Of a DNA stretch of 64,000 bases, positions 14,048-26,003 are shown one piece after another. The position numbers were made by a program, and so were the translations under genes. The number at the start of each line of letters is the position of its first letter. Position 1 is the stretch's first letter. Where the stretch lies: sequence record NC_018855.1. The stretch is one strand, 5' to 3'. The DNA is from Escherichia phage HX01. The notes under the pieces are model-generated. The model was not told the DNA's origin. It searched no databases and worked only from the letters and a program-made list of their open reading frames with translations.

Positions 14048-15834
14048 CGGTATACAGTTATAGATGGCTGAATATTAGTTATAGAACGCGCTGGAACATG
14101 AGATCCATTAGTCTTTGCATGGTCTTCACGATATTTAGTGTAAATAGGACCTTCTGCATCCGGGTCATATTGGCAACCGCCTATAATTACTGTACCATTA
14201 TCATCAGAAATAAGAACCTTTTCATCGGTTTGTGTAGCTGGTAAATCAGCATTTTCTAATGTGATAGTTGTTACACCAACGGTACCACCTGCGGTATGAG
14301 TAGGGTTACCATTGATGTCAAGGTCATTATTATTTAATGCAAAATTAGGATCCGATGCGTCATCATTCCAACCGGCTAATACTTTGCCTTGTCCCCAAAT
14401 TTTCCACGAACCAAAACCTAAATAAGTGGCCGGATTATTAGGGTTAACCGCATTTTCGTAAATAGTCCCGACAGGATAAATTGTATCAAATATTGCTGAG
14501 ATAGTCGAGAATTCACGTTCATACTTAGGAACAGGTTCTACATTAGGCCATCCAATTTTATCGAAATCGGTTAATGCAACGTCACCAGTAATTTCAATGT
14601 TAGACCCTTGAGAAACATATTTCTCATCAGCGACATCAAGGATTTCTTCCATTTCAAGAAGAGTTCCTAAATCGTTATTAAACCATGTGATGGTAATAAT
14701 GTCTTGGTCTTCAAATTGACGGTCAAATAGAATTGCGCTAGGGATATTATCAGTATATTCAATCGCGTAATCTGTATACGATTGAGTCCATGTCCCGCCG
14801 AGATTAGCGCATGACTCTTCAGAATCGGCATCCACACCTTCACAATGGAAAATAGGAGTTCCAACAGTACCAGCTAATTCTTGGAGAATACCATTGAAGC
14901 GAACTTCTAATGAATTCGGGTTAGGTGGTTCTGTAGGATTAATACCAAATGCTGTAAATGGAATAGACCGGAACGTACTCAAATCAGTGACGTAAATACT
15001 TCCGTCAATAGACTTTTTAGCAGTCAATTTACTATCTAAAATGCGAACTTGGCGACGAGTATATGAACTACGCCACTGAGAAACACCATCTAGGAATGTC
15101 TCAATTTGTACAGTGTCCCCAACATTACATGGTTGGCGTAATCTAATATTAAATCCATCAAGTGCAACCAGTTCACCAGGATTAGCGCCAGGAGAACCAA
15201 AATCACTATTATCACTGAACACATCACCATAATATAATTCGTTGCCACGATGTTTTACGCGAATGTTGTTAACGTTATAAGAGGTCCCGTTAAAAACATC
15301 CATGAAATCGGTCTGACCTTGGGTTTCAACCAGATATTCTCTACGGGCAACATTACTAATGTCAGAGCTAACTATTTTATCAATTTGTTTGTTCTTGATG
15401 TATTCCCAACGTCCAGGAGCACAATAAACTAATTCTAAATCAGAGAACTGAACGTTAATTTCTACTGGAGATGAAGAACCTTTAATCGTGTCTCCGTTTG
15501 CCGGAATTAAAGTAACAGGGTTAATGTTCCAAGTTGCAAATACGTCACGAGCACGAATAACTTTATTATAGTCTGCAATTGTCCCTTTAGGAAGATTTAC
15601 CGAAACTCGCCCGGAAGTAGTATTAATTGCATAAGATTTACCCCAAGCAGCCTTAAGATTAAGACCATCAGCCGCGTCATAAGTCTTCCATGCGCCAGCG
15701 GCATAAGGAACTTCACCATCACCTAATTCATAATAGATTTCGTCGAAGTTCTCATTTATTTTTTCACCACCTCGACGAAGGTAATCGCCTTGTCCGTCAT
15801 CAACGACGTTACCAATTTTAATATTTTGTTTCAT
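14029..15834 (-). CDS. 10: Baseplate wedge protein gp10
   Basis: 601 aa (T4 602 aa); synteny. Confidence 0.85.
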   Translation of the reverse strand: MKQNIKIGNVVDDGQGDYLRRGGEKINENFDEIYYELGDGEVPYAAGAWKTYDAADGLNLKAAWGKSYAINTTSGRVSVNLPKGTIADYNKVIRARDVFATWNINPVTLIPANGDTIKGSSSPVEINVQFSDLELVYCAPGRWEYIKNKQIDKIVSSDISNVARREYLVETQGQTDFMDVFNGTSYNVNNIRVKHRGNELYYGDVFSDNSDFGSPGANPGELVALDGFNIRLRQPCNVGDTVQIETFLDGVSQWRSSYTRRQVRILDSKLTAKKSIDGSIYVTDLSTFRSIPFTAFGINPTEPPNPNSLEVRFNGILQELAGTVGTPIFHCEGVDADSEESCANLGGTWTQSYTDYAIEYTDNIPSAILFDRQFEDQDIITITWFNNDLGTLLEMEEILDVADEKYVSQGSNIEITGDVALTDFDKIGWPNVEPVPKYEREFSTISAIFDTIYPVGTIYENAVNPNNPATYLGFGSWKIWGQGKVLAGWNDDASDPNFALNNNDLDINGNPTHTAGGTVGVTTITLENADLPATQTDEKVLISDDNGTVIIGGCQYDPDAEGPIYTKYREDHAKTNGSHVPARSITNIQPSITVYRWVRIA

Positions 15835-16706
15835 TATTGAGCGACCCCAATTTTCTGTGTTGAGATAATTTTAACTGCTGAACGTAATCCAATAATATCG
15901 GATGTAATCGTCATAGTAGCAAAGTTGTTAATAATACTAAAGCTAATATTAGCAATCTCGTCGGTTTCATCTACATTACCAACTCGCATTACTGCAAATT
16001 CAGTAGAAAGAACTTCTGAGTTAATTGTATCTATTAGAATATTTATTTCGCATGTTTTTATTTTTCTACCGTCGGCGGATTGGCATGTAACAAGCAATTT
16101 AGCCATGTTATAATCTGTGCGATAAAACAGAGGAATAGAAACTGTGTTTCCTGTAAGACTCCAAGTCCCATCGACAGGAGATTCTTTCTGCCCAAACATG
16201 CTATCAGTAGAATAATTCCATACTGAAGTTGGCCCATTAAGTTCAATACAACGAAGAACAACGTGGGTATAAGGGGTGGAAATAACAAGATTATTAAGAA
16301 CACCTTTAATTGAACCATCAGTTACTTGGATACTTAAAGGATTGTTAACAGAAATAGATCCATTAGAGTTTATGAATTCTACAGAGTCACCTAATTCAGG
16401 ACGGTCAATAATAACAATCACACCACCATCAGAAGCATCAATATCATGCATGGTGCCGGGTTTAATAGGAGTTTGATAATCGACCGCCTTTCCTTTTTGA
16501 TAATAACCTGTGGCATGAATAGTTTGACCTGTAGGCCCGGTTCCATCTGCTACAGCCATTTTACGTTGATCGCCAAATGCATTGTAAATAGCGTTGATAT
16601 CGTCATTTATTTTATTACCACCGTCGAATAAGATATCACCTGTTGAGGCATTACCAATTTCGCCGGTATCGATTAATTGTTTAGGAGTTTGCTTAAAAAA
16701 TGCCAT
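15834..16706 (-). CDS. 9: Baseplate wedge protein gp9 (long tail fibre socket)
   Basis: 290 aa (T4 288 aa); synteny. Confidence 0.8.
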   Translation of the reverse strand: MAFFKQTPKQLIDTGEIGNASTGDILFDGGNKINDDINAIYNAFGDQRKMAVADGTGPTGQTIHATGYYQKGKAVDYQTPIKPGTMHDIDASDGGVIVIIDRPELGDSVEFINSNGSISVNNPLSIQVTDGSIKGVLNNLVISTPYTHVVLRCIELNGPTSVWNYSTDSMFGQKESPVDGTWSLTGNTVSIPLFYRTDYNMAKLLVTCQSADGRKIKTCEINILIDTINSEVLSTEFAVMRVGNVDETDEIANISFSIINNFATMTITSDIIGLRSAVKIISTQKIGVAQ

Positions 16707-16738
16707 AATTCTGCCTTTTGTTGTCCGATATTATATTC

Positions 16739-16746
16739 TATTTATA
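16739..16746 (-). promoter_or_regulatory. T4-type late promoter (TATAAATA) for gene 9
   Basis: Minus-strand TATAAATA in the 8-9 intergenic region, just downstream of a terminator hairpin. Confidence 0.55.
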
Positions 16747-16750
16747 GATA

Positions 16751-16775
16751 CAAAAATGGGAGCCCGAAGGCTCCC
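16751..16775 (-). terminator. Rho-independent terminator after gene 8
   Basis: Minus-strand GGGAGCC-UUCG-GGCUCCC hairpin followed by AUUUUU. Confidence 0.6.
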
Positions 16776-16778
16776 TAA

Positions 16779-17783
16779 TTAAAACATAAACAAAATGTTA
16801 ATTTCTTCTGTTTGGTCCATTGCCATAATAACAGGTGGTCGGTTTTCCATATAAATCATTTCACCGGAATGACGCTGCAGGTCTCTAGGGTCATAATAAT
16901 CCTTTTCTGCTTTAACATTAGGGTCATTTGGATTTTTCTTAGCTTCTAACGGGTTTGCGATAATTGATATCTGTCTAAAACCCTTGTTACCAGGCAAAGC
17001 TGCCTCAGGGAAATAAACAGAATCAAAATATGCTTTAAACCGCATCGTATTGGCTTTAACACGGTAAATCAAGCCGTAGTCATCTTGTTGCCAAGTTAAG
17101 TTATTTTCATATCCCCAACGGGCGGGGTCTTCTTTAATTTCTTCCGGCCATGGAACTACAAGATATTCGTTAGTGCAACGGTTAATTGACACATCGGCAG
17201 GAATCTCATAAAGATACTCCCAAATATATCCATCACCGGTTTCGATAACCCCATTAGCATCGCCTCTGCCTTCAGGAGGAGACATAGAACGAACAGACGG
17301 AGTCCATTTACCACCTAATTTAAGACATTCATCTTTATTATCTAAAGATTCTATTGAACAGAGCCCTACGTCAGGGACATCTAAACAACGGTAAATTAAC
17401 CAACCAGCTCCAACTTCTGTCGCGTTGTACGGAGCAGTATTACATGCGACTATATCGTTAATTCTAAACGTGTAAGGGTCTGGATATCGCACATCTCCCC
17501 AATCACGTCTAGGAATAACAGAATCTAACATTGAAGGTAAAACTTTAACAGTACCCATCATATGGGTCCACATATCAGTAACACCAAGAACAGAATCTGT
17601 AGGATAAGGTGGGGCGAAGCCCACCTCATTTTCATTTGACGCCCAAGGTTCTGAACGTCCAAACGTAATATAAATGGAGTTCTTATCGTCTCCATCCCCA
17701 ACTGAATTATAAAAATTCAGCATTTTCTCTGTTCTAAATTTTGATGTAACTATTGCACGATAGATAACACTTGAATCATTCAT
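16779..17783 (-). CDS. 8: Baseplate wedge protein gp8
   Basis: 334 aa, same length as T4 gp8. Confidence 0.85.
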   Translation of the reverse strand: MNDSSVIYRAIVTSKFRTEKMLNFYNSVGDGDDKNSIYITFGRSEPWASNENEVGFAPPYPTDSVLGVTDMWTHMMGTVKVLPSMLDSVIPRRDWGDVRYPDPYTFRINDIVACNTAPYNATEVGAGWLIYRCLDVPDVGLCSIESLDNKDECLKLGGKWTPSVRSMSPPEGRGDANGVIETGDGYIWEYLYEIPADVSINRCTNEYLVVPWPEEIKEDPARWGYENNLTWQQDDYGLIYRVKANTMRFKAYFDSVYFPEAALPGNKGFRQISIIANPLEAKKNPNDPNVKAEKDYYDPRDLQRHSGEMIYMENRPPVIMAMDQTEEINILFMF

Positions 17784-20700
17784 CTAATTTAACCTGTGGT
17801 GGATTCACGGGGTCTCTTGGATTTCCTACATTATCGATTAACCGTTGTTCAACCAAATCTCTAAATCTAGAGAATGTTGTTCCGGACGCATCAAATAACG
17901 GGCTCATCAGTTTACGTCGTTCCGATGGAAGTTGACCTTGAAATATGGAGTTATTGTTTTCAGCGTTATAATCTTCAGGCAATGGATAATCTTGACCAGC
18001 CATAGGGCCTATTTCATATATCGCTTTACCTGTAATAGGGTCAAACTCAACATTTCCTTGTGGGTCTAATTTAGCCACTCGGTCTGCATATTTAGTTGGT
18101 AATCCAGAATCCCACTTATAGTTTTTGTATTTATTAATAATGGTTTCAACATGTTTAAGTGTTAATCCGGTGTTAATAAACATTGTGAGAAGGGTAATTG
18201 CGATAAATCCAAATCCAACCGGATGAACAAAACGTAATACGTCTGATTTCCAACGAGATGATGGAAGTTTAGATTTAATCTTCATTACGTAGTATGCTCT
18301 ACCACGATTTATGTAATCGATGTTGTTCTGAGAAAGCTCTTTACCTTTAATACCACGAACAATTTCACCTTCAAAACCAGGGAGTCTTTCAGCTTTAACT
18401 TCCTGTCCTTGGATTAAACGACCTAAGAGGTTGTGAATTGTTACGGCCCATTGTAATTTACCTTTAGAGTAACTTCTCTCGATATACGTCACATTACAAC
18501 GTCCTGTAGCGGTGTATATGGTTTGTCCGACCAAATCTTCTGTCAACGAATCAGATTCAATGATGATATCATATTCGGTCCCGGAACTAGATTCAATTTC
18601 AATTTCAACATCTTCGTTATAAAGCACTTTAAACAAGAATTTATATGATGCTTCAGTTCCTTTAGTTGAATAGAAGTCATAACTTCTTGATTCAAAGAAA
18701 CGAGATACTAAATCGCGTTTTTCGGCGTTTAAGTAAATGTTTCGTTTATAAATCTCAGACCATAAATATTCCCACGCATGTTCTTCGCGCGGATATTGAT
18801 TTTTAATAAGATTTAAAAGGTTGTTATAATGGGTCCCATAGCCGTCAGAAAGATACTGAATATAAGCCTCGCAGAATGCTTCGAAGTTTGTATTATCTAA
18901 AAGATAAGACTCCGGCATCATTGTAGTGAGCAATGGTCGTAAGTCTGGGTCCGCAATACCGTTCTCTTCTACAGGAGTCCATGTTGTATCTTTTTCTTGG
19001 TTTTGTAACGATGCTGTTAAGAATATATTAGTAGGCTTCCAAATTATAGAAACATTATCTCTAACACGATAACTAAAATCATAATAAGAAATAATCTCAC
19101 CTGATGCTTTATAGAAAATCATGCCAGATGCATATTTTTTAAATCCGGTGAAATCTACGTTAGGCATCACTATTGTACAGTCGCCGTCCTTCCAATATTC
19201 ATGAACTTCACGGTCTGAAGAACTAAGTGGATGATTCTCAATAACCTTAGTGTAAAGTAAATCAGAATAAATTACAACGGCCTTGTCTGAGTTATTAATC
19301 CAACACCGAGTACCAGACTTTCTAGAATAACTAAAGAATGGCTCGGCATAGTATTCCATAGGTTGTGGAGTGAACGATTCCCATTGAGAGTCTTCAGTTG
19401 AAATAAATGCCATCATATGATAATGTTTATCAGCCAACCATTCGCGAGGATACTCATATTTAACAGCACCTATTAAACCGTACTTGGCTTGTGTTTTTGG
19501 GTCATCAACAATATCTGATTCTAAAAATTTAAAATTACTAGATGAAATAGATAACTCAACACCATCAGTAGACATACTGGTGTACCCTGGTTCAATACGA
19601 CGGCGTTCTTCTTCAGTATTACCAAACACGCGTTTAAATGTGCCAGCATCATGGTCTAGAACGTAAACACCCTTATCAGCAGAATCAACAATAGGAGTGG
19701 TCCTCGGGTCGTCATTAAGATTAACAACTTCACCGATAATCAGTGCAAATATTTTACCACCAACAGAATCCATTTTATAGCAAACTGCCTTAGGGTTACC
19801 TGTGATGTTAAATGTTTCTTGTTCAAACAAACGTTCGGAATATGTCGGAGATAATGGGTCCGAATCAATAGGGGCATTACTAGTTTTAATAAAACGAACT
19901 TTATCTCGAGCAGCAACGTATACATAATCGTCATTGCAAACGATAGCTTCTGCAATACGCGATACGTTAGCAGGTAATGATGCGTAGTTACCAAATATTT
20001 CTACATCAAATCCTAAATTTAATTGGTCGCCAATTTTAGCAAATGTTATATCTTGAGAACTAAATCTCACATCATCAGCAGACCAACGAACGTCAGTTGA
20101 TTTACGGCCGTAAAATAATTTATCATACCCAAGAACATACGTGGTGTGATCCGTCTGGTAATACACTGTTCTTGATACAGGGTACCCTACACGGTCATTA
20201 AACAATTTAACCGATTTCCAGGTTTGTCCCTTATCATTAGAGACTTTAACCACAGGCTGGTACCGTTCAAACAAATAAAGAATTCCTTCGGATTCCATCA
20301 AATAAACACGGTTTATATCATGACATACTTGTTGAATCGAACCTTGAATTTCATGATACTCATTTTCGCCAATAATGAAATTTTTAATAGATGAAATATC
20401 CGCATAAGCAGGGCTAAATTGGAACGATTCATTCATTAGAGCTGCCATTATAGTGTCGTTATTAAAATCGACATAAGCCGTGTTGTTATTTGTAAATTTT
20501 TCTCTAATAAAAGTGTTAGCCAATTGCATTTCAATCATATGTTGAAATGTATACGCGTTGGTCTGAAATGATTCAAATATTTCGGTATATACCCAATCAG
20601 ATCTCTCGAAGCCTTCGGCGGCAGTTGATACACGAATAATATAAGAAGTTAATGGGTCTAAGCTACTTTCGAACCAATTGCTATTAGGAGTATATCCTAA

Positions 20701-20874
20701 ATTTATCCATCTGTAGCTGGCAGGGGGAATTAATTCCCCGTCTGCCGTTTTAGTCTCAGCGATTTCTACGAAATAGTAGAAATTAGCACCAACGTCATCC
20801 CAGCGTATTTGAACTTGGTTAGCGGACAACTTGGATATTCTGAGACTTGTGACTGCTGGCGCTTTTACTGTCAT
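17776..20874 (-). CDS. 7: Baseplate wedge protein gp7
   Basis: 1032 aa, same length as T4 gp7. Confidence 0.85.
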   Translation of the reverse strand: MTVKAPAVTSLRISKLSANQVQIRWDDVGANFYYFVEIAETKTADGELIPPASYRWINLGYTPNSNWFESSLDPLTSYIIRVSTAAEGFERSDWVYTEIFESFQTNAYTFQHMIEMQLANTFIREKFTNNNTAYVDFNNDTIMAALMNESFQFSPAYADISSIKNFIIGENEYHEIQGSIQQVCHDINRVYLMESEGILYLFERYQPVVKVSNDKGQTWKSVKLFNDRVGYPVSRTVYYQTDHTTYVLGYDKLFYGRKSTDVRWSADDVRFSSQDITFAKIGDQLNLGFDVEIFGNYASLPANVSRIAEAIVCNDDYVYVAARDKVRFIKTSNAPIDSDPLSPTYSERLFEQETFNITGNPKAVCYKMDSVGGKIFALIIGEVVNLNDDPRTTPIVDSADKGVYVLDHDAGTFKRVFGNTEEERRRIEPGYTSMSTDGVELSISSSNFKFLESDIVDDPKTQAKYGLIGAVKYEYPREWLADKHYHMMAFISTEDSQWESFTPQPMEYYAEPFFSYSRKSGTRCWINNSDKAVVIYSDLLYTKVIENHPLSSSDREVHEYWKDGDCTIVMPNVDFTGFKKYASGMIFYKASGEIISYYDFSYRVRDNVSIIWKPTNIFLTASLQNQEKDTTWTPVEENGIADPDLRPLLTTMMPESYLLDNTNFEAFCEAYIQYLSDGYGTHYNNLLNLIKNQYPREEHAWEYLWSEIYKRNIYLNAEKRDLVSRFFESRSYDFYSTKGTEASYKFLFKVLYNEDVEIEIESSSGTEYDIIIESDSLTEDLVGQTIYTATGRCNVTYIERSYSKGKLQWAVTIHNLLGRLIQGQEVKAERLPGFEGEIVRGIKGKELSQNNIDYINRGRAYYVMKIKSKLPSSRWKSDVLRFVHPVGFGFIAITLLTMFINTGLTLKHVETIINKYKNYKWDSGLPTKYADRVAKLDPQGNVEFDPITGKAIYEIGPMAGQDYPLPEDYNAENNNSIFQGQLPSERRKLMSPLFDASGTTFSRFRDLVEQRLIDNVGNPRDPVNPPQVKLDE

Positions 20875-22844
20875 TGTGAAATAGGCTCCAAATCTATAGT
20901 TAAGTACTGAGGACGTAAGTCATTTTCGAATACGATTAAAGAACCATCCTTTGTAAAAATAATATCATCTGCAGGGTCGGAATAAAGTTCAATTGTTTGA
21001 ACTTCAAAACGGTCTGAAGTGAGGTCAATTTTAGCAATGTTCCAATAAATCGAATCGGCAGGATAATTCACTTCACCAATTGAATAGTATTTGTTTCGTC
21101 CGTCAGTAACAGTAAGTTTATTAAAATCATTACCTGTATAAGGTTGTATATTTTCGTTTTCAACAACATCACCGTCTGCAAATGGACCAATAATAACTTG
21201 ACCTATGCCACGGTCATTACGGTCAGAAGATACTATGCGAACACCGTATTTAATAGTTTCGTTTGCATTTTCTGGATTAGGTCTATGCGAATCAAACGAG
21301 AATATATTAGATTCCATCGATCTATCTTTAATCTGATTATTGTATTTAATACCGGCCTCAGGCGTTTTATAGAAGTTTTGTACTTCGCGAACCATTTGAA
21401 TAGTAGCTGAAGAACCAATAATAGAAATATCTGCATCATCAACATAAGTTAGCATTTTAGATTTTGCAAACGATGAGTTAAAAATTTCTACATCTTCAAT
21501 ATAATAACGGTCAATTTTATTAATAATTTGCCCTTCAAGATATTGTTCTGATTCCTGGAGTTTATTCAAAGCGTACGTAACTTTGATATTCATTTTGATA
21601 AACAAATAATCAGGCGAAATAACAACAGGTGTAATAGTCCCTAAGTTATAATCATTCAAATAGTTTTTGATATCATCTCGTTGGACGGAAGTCAAATACA
21701 ACCCAGACTTAGGTTTAGCAGCAATAAATGCGTACCCAGGCTTAGATGAATCTGTGAATGTTTGAACCGCTTGAATAATAGAACCAAACCGCTCAGAGAC
21801 GAATGTGTCATAGTCAGAAGCGGTTACACAACGTTGTTGAGTTTCGCGTTTAATTGTGCCTAATTCGCGGATACGTTCAATATCTTCAGGGTCGCCACCG
21901 CCATCAGCCCCAACAAAGTCTGGGTTATTGCTAGGGTTCTCGTTAATATCGATTACCGTGATATTAGCTAATGTATCAGCATAAGAAAATCCTACAGCAC
22001 CGTTAGCATCTGCGCCATTAGTAGAAATATACTCAATTACGATTTTAGAACCCTGAACAGGTTTAAGGCCACCAATATAGTTAGATGTTAACGCACCTTC
22101 TGATGTGTTAATAGAGATTTCACCTTCACCAAAATAAAATTCAGTGTTCCCATCAACTGTTTCACGCATATAATAGATTGTTGACGTAGAACCAGCGTGA
22201 ACCATCGACTTACGAGTCCAGTTAATCCATTCTGCTCCGTCAACATACAACTTAACTAAATTACGGTCAATGTTCTTATCACGAATAATGATAGGTTTTA
22301 ATCTATCAAATGTTAATTCAGTGCGAACAATACGACCCTGAGCTAATCGAAGACGTGGAAAATATTGGTTATTTTTGTCTTTAACTACAATGACATCTTC
22401 AGTAGAAACAAAGTTATACGGGTTAACAGAAGTATCTTTAGCGTATGCTAAGAAACGAGTGCCACGTGGAATGGTGATATAGTTTCTATTTAATGCATCC
22501 GTACATGTGAGCATAATTTCTGTTTGTGCTGCTGATTTAGATGAAGGCAGATATCCGTTATCTTGAGCCGCTTGTACAACAGAACTACGCAAGTTTGCAG
22601 TACGCATAAAACTTTCATACACTGCACTATTACTGAACTGTTGGATGTAAAGAGTGTTATATGCTAAAAGGTCACACAATACGTTTAAACGCGAACCTTC
22701 AAAATCATAATCAAGAAATTCATTCTGCCCGTTGAGCCATTCGATAATGTTCTGTTTGATTTCGGCAAATGTGCCCCCGATAAAAATCTCGGGAATAGCA
22801 TTCGCTGTTCGGGTTAATTGATAATTTACAGGAGTGTTTGCCAT
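20871..22844 (-). CDS. 6: Baseplate wedge protein gp6
   Basis: Start placed at MANTPVNYQLTR (ATG 22844) matching T4 gp6 N-terminus; the ORF-track start at 22901 is an upstream extension. Confidence 0.9.
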   Translation of the reverse strand: MANTPVNYQLTRTANAIPEIFIGGTFAEIKQNIIEWLNGQNEFLDYDFEGSRLNVLCDLLAYNTLYIQQFSNSAVYESFMRTANLRSSVVQAAQDNGYLPSSKSAAQTEIMLTCTDALNRNYITIPRGTRFLAYAKDTSVNPYNFVSTEDVIVVKDKNNQYFPRLRLAQGRIVRTELTFDRLKPIIIRDKNIDRNLVKLYVDGAEWINWTRKSMVHAGSTSTIYYMRETVDGNTEFYFGEGEISINTSEGALTSNYIGGLKPVQGSKIVIEYISTNGADANGAVGFSYADTLANITVIDINENPSNNPDFVGADGGGDPEDIERIRELGTIKRETQQRCVTASDYDTFVSERFGSIIQAVQTFTDSSKPGYAFIAAKPKSGLYLTSVQRDDIKNYLNDYNLGTITPVVISPDYLFIKMNIKVTYALNKLQESEQYLEGQIINKIDRYYIEDVEIFNSSFAKSKMLTYVDDADISIIGSSATIQMVREVQNFYKTPEAGIKYNNQIKDRSMESNIFSFDSHRPNPENANETIKYGVRIVSSDRNDRGIGQVIIGPFADGDVVENENIQPYTGNDFNKLTVTDGRNKYYSIGEVNYPADSIYWNIAKIDLTSDRFEVQTIELYSDPADDIIFTKDGSLIVFENDLRPQYLTIDLEPISQ

Positions 22845-22852
22845 TTTAATTC

Positions 22853-23146
22853 CTATTTTATAAAGACTTTTGACGAGGCCTGAGAAACAGTATCCCCGCA
22901 TGAAATTGGGTCGGCCATTTGAACGGCCTTTTTACCGGTGACGTATACTTTGGATGTACGAGGTTCAGTAACACCTCCATGAGTCTCGTATGGTTTTTTA
23001 ATTTCTGTATGAGGTGTTATTTGGTCTCCTGCCACAAGAACAGGAATACCACCGGTGAACACTTTAGATTGGGAAGCATTTATTACAGTAGGAGGCCATG
23101 CTTCATGACCTGTTGTAACGCACTTGTCGTAACTTAAGCCAGACAT
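22853..23146 (-). CDS. 5.4: PAAR-like spike tip protein gp5.4
   Basis: 97-aa core [21 protein letters not shown]... matches T4 gp5.4; start trimmed from ORF-track 23200. Confidence 0.8.
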   Translation of the reverse strand: MSGLSYDKCVTTGHEAWPPTVINASQSKVFTGGIPVLVAGDQITPHTEIKKPYETHGGVTEPRTSKVYVTGKKAVQMADPISCGDTVSQASSKVFIK

Positions 23147-23148
23147 TT

Positions 23149-23664
23149 TCACGGCCTCACATAAACATAGTTTCGTAATTGTTGAGCCCATTTGCTCCAA
23201 TTTCCTACTATAGTTTTTGTATAAACCTTAGTAAGAGTTTTTTGTACTGGAGCCGGTGGAGGTTCTGTACCAGAGTCACTTCTAGAACCGCCTGATGAAC
23301 TTTCTTCTTGGTAGTTATAAATCATTTCAACCGTATAACTAAACACTTTACGAAGATTCTGAGGAGCTCTCCACAAATATAACTGTGTGGATTCATCTTT
23401 TGGTAAATCATCCCATGAAGATGCGGTTTCAAAATCATCATTTAATCGGTATTTCAATGCATCCGAAGAAAAGCTAAACACACTTTCATATGTTCCATAT
23501 AAACGATTACCATCTACCGTAATGCCTTGTGTCGGTTCATAATCTGTTATATTTATTGACACTAAAGTTTCGGTTGGTTCTAACTGTGGAGTAAAAAGGA
23601 CGTCAATAGACGCCCCTTCCATGTCTTCTCCTAAGTCGGTATTTAAAGGAAGTATTTGTGCCAT
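23149..23664 (-). CDS. Hypothetical protein, gp5.1-like by position
   Basis: 171-aa ORF between gene 5 and 5.4. Confidence 0.55.
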   Translation of the reverse strand: MAQILPLNTDLGEDMEGASIDVLFTPQLEPTETLVSINITDYEPTQGITVDGNRLYGTYESVFSFSSDALKYRLNDDFETASSWDDLPKDESTQLYLWRAPQNLRKVFSYTVEMIYNYQEESSSGGSRSDSGTEPPPAPVQKTLTKVYTKTIVGNWSKWAQQLRNYVYVRP

Positions 23665-23667
23665 ATA

Positions 23668-25401
23668 TTACCCAATATCAATACGAGATCCGTCAACAGT
23701 GTATTGTCCTGAAGCTACTGAGCTCATTGTAGACATTGTTTCCGCCCAATCCCCGGCAACAGTCATATCAACATTACCATTAACAGTCCATTTAACGTTT
23801 CCGTTGACGGTGTAATCATGATTCCCTTCGACCTGAGTTTTAGCATCACCTTTAACAAGAATATCCGCATTTCCGTCAACGACTATTTTGATATTACCCT
23901 TAACGTAAAGAGTTCCATCGCCTTCAACAGTTTTAGATTGGTTACCACGAATAAAGATTGTGTCATTGCCGTCTATTTGATGGAGGCGGTCTGCCATGTT
24001 ATAATATATTTCATTAGCACCAACGTTAACAAGTTTATCACCAGAAATCAAGAAGTTCCCATCGCCATTAGTGATGTCAAAAAGGTCTTCTACAGTTTTA
24101 CGAGTACGACGCCCAGACGGAGAAACTTCCTCATATGACCCTGTTGGATGAACTAAGCGATAACGTTCATTACCTGGAGTATCGTCAAATTCTTGGATAT
24201 GACCGCTTTCCGTTTCCATAGCATGAACGTATGGATACTCACCACGATAACTTGATTCAGGTTCTTTAAAAAGGATACGTGAATCTAACGGAACAGGAGG
24301 ACCAGCTGGGTCTTCTGGATCAGTATTTCTAGTAACTAAATCGGCACCAACTCCTGGTGAAGGTGGTGTTTTAACAGGAACGCCATATGATTCCATGTTA
24401 CCAGTTAAAATAATTGTTGTTACACGTGAAGCACGCCCTTTAGTCTGTTGGAACCATAACGAATCACGCCCAGATTTGTATGCGGTTTTCCAATCACCTG
24501 TGGCCATTGCTTTAAGCATAGTATTGAATTTTGCTACACCGCCGACGCCCATCTGGAAGCACATGTTTTCTAATGCCATTTGGCGAGATCTGTTCATTTT
24601 AGCATAAACAGGACCTACTTTAGAATTAGAACGAATGTCTTTCTGCATCTTAGCAAGGTCCTTCTCAAATAACGCTGTTGCTTCTTCTAATGTAATAGTT
24701 CCCGGATTTCCTGTTACTTCACGCCCTACTTGATCAGATAACAATTTATTAATTCGAGACATATCTCTGGTCTTTTCCATTACGATAAGGTGTCCAATAC
24801 CTACTGTAGGATACCCGAGATGGTCCCAATACACTTTATCACGAAGACCTTCGTCACGACGTAACATTTCTGTTATTGTAAAATTAGGGTCATCATCTTC
24901 TGGAATATTTGCTAAATCTGTATCATCTGGGTTTATACCATAATCCAAGTTGTTATCTTGAATTACGTTAGAGTTTGAATAATAACCAGCTTCACCACCT
25001 TGGTTTAATACGTTCGTATCATTACCTAAACGTCGCGGATACTGGCCTGTCGGGTCTGAAAAACCTTCAAGTCTATTGGGCTTTTCACGTACTATTCCGC
25101 CGTATGTACCAAGTACAATCCCGTTTGTTTTCCATTTGTCTAAGAAATGACCATATACTCGAGTTCCTTCAACAGGACCTGTAACAGAACCACCAATACC
25201 TGACATTGATGCAGACGTAATAGGTTGAATAACAGTCATCCATGGAAGTTTTTCTGTAGGAATACCTTGTACATCACCTTGTGTTCTTTGCGCCGGATGA
25301 AGACCAACGACTCGAACTCGAACTCGCCCTTGTTTTAATGGGTCCATTCTGTCCTCGACAACACCAACGAACCAATTAAGGCTACTGCTAATCATTTCCA
25401 T
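23668..25401 (-). CDS. 5: Baseplate hub / tail lysozyme gp5
   Basis: 577 aa; central lysozyme-like segment (TVGIGHLIV...) and C-terminal VxGxxxxx beta-helix repeats. Confidence 0.9.
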   Translation of the reverse strand: MEMISSSLNWFVGVVEDRMDPLKQGRVRVRVVGLHPAQRTQGDVQGIPTEKLPWMTVIQPITSASMSGIGGSVTGPVEGTRVYGHFLDKWKTNGIVLGTYGGIVREKPNRLEGFSDPTGQYPRRLGNDTNVLNQGGEAGYYSNSNVIQDNNLDYGINPDDTDLANIPEDDDPNFTITEMLRRDEGLRDKVYWDHLGYPTVGIGHLIVMEKTRDMSRINKLLSDQVGREVTGNPGTITLEEATALFEKDLAKMQKDIRSNSKVGPVYAKMNRSRQMALENMCFQMGVGGVAKFNTMLKAMATGDWKTAYKSGRDSLWFQQTKGRASRVTTIILTGNMESYGVPVKTPPSPGVGADLVTRNTDPEDPAGPPVPLDSRILFKEPESSYRGEYPYVHAMETESGHIQEFDDTPGNERYRLVHPTGSYEEVSPSGRRTRKTVEDLFDITNGDGNFLISGDKLVNVGANEIYYNMADRLHQIDGNDTIFIRGNQSKTVEGDGTLYVKGNIKIVVDGNADILVKGDAKTQVEGNHDYTVNGNVKWTVNGNVDMTVAGDWAETMSTMSSVASGQYTVDGSRIDIG

Positions 25402-25976
25402 TATGCAATCTCCATCTCACGAATCAAATCTGTGATAAACGAGTTTATATCTTCTTTTGCAACAATTTTTATTTTACGAAGTTTTTCATTATCTAATACT
25501 GCCGCTTCATAAGTATCTACTGCAGCTAAAGGTCCTTTATATTGTGGATACTTACGTGCTTCATCACCTTTATCGTACCACACTAAAGGCTCGTCCGGAT
25601 ATGAAACCAAATTGTAAAATTTCTCACGATTTTCATTAATATGATAAAGAACTTGGTCGCCGCCGGCATTAGCATATTTCTGAATAGAAGCTTGATACGC
25701 TGCTTCCTGAGATGTAATCCAACCATAATACGGATCATAGTTGTCATTGCACATCAAAAGGACCCAGTATAATTGAGGGTTGCCATAAATTATGTTTGCT
25801 AGTTCTTCAGGACGCGGAGAGCCTTTAATATAATAAGAACGTAATCTATAATTGGCAGCAACACGTTTAAAGTACTCTTTATAGTTACGAAATATGTCTG
25901 TCATAGGAATAGTAGGTGCATTCTTATTAACTGTTTTAGCACTATATCCTATTGGGTCGAAGAATGTAAATAACAA
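25401..25976 (-). CDS. 53: Baseplate wedge protein gp53
   Basis: 191 aa beginning (M)LFTFFDPIGY as T4 gp53; apparent TTG start with AGGAG 7 nt upstream. Confidence 0.85.
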   Translation of the reverse strand: MLFTFFDPIGYSAKTVNKNAPTIPMTDIFRNYKEYFKRVAANYRLRSYYIKGSPRPEELANIIYGNPQLYWVLLMCNDNYDPYYGWITSQEAAYQASIQKYANAGGDQVLYHINENREKFYNLVSYPDEPLVWYDKGDEARKYPQYKGPLAAVDTYEAAVLDNEKLRKIKIVAKEDINSFITDLIREMEIA

Positions 25977-26003
25977 GATAGTCTCCTTCCAATATGAAAT
26001 TGG

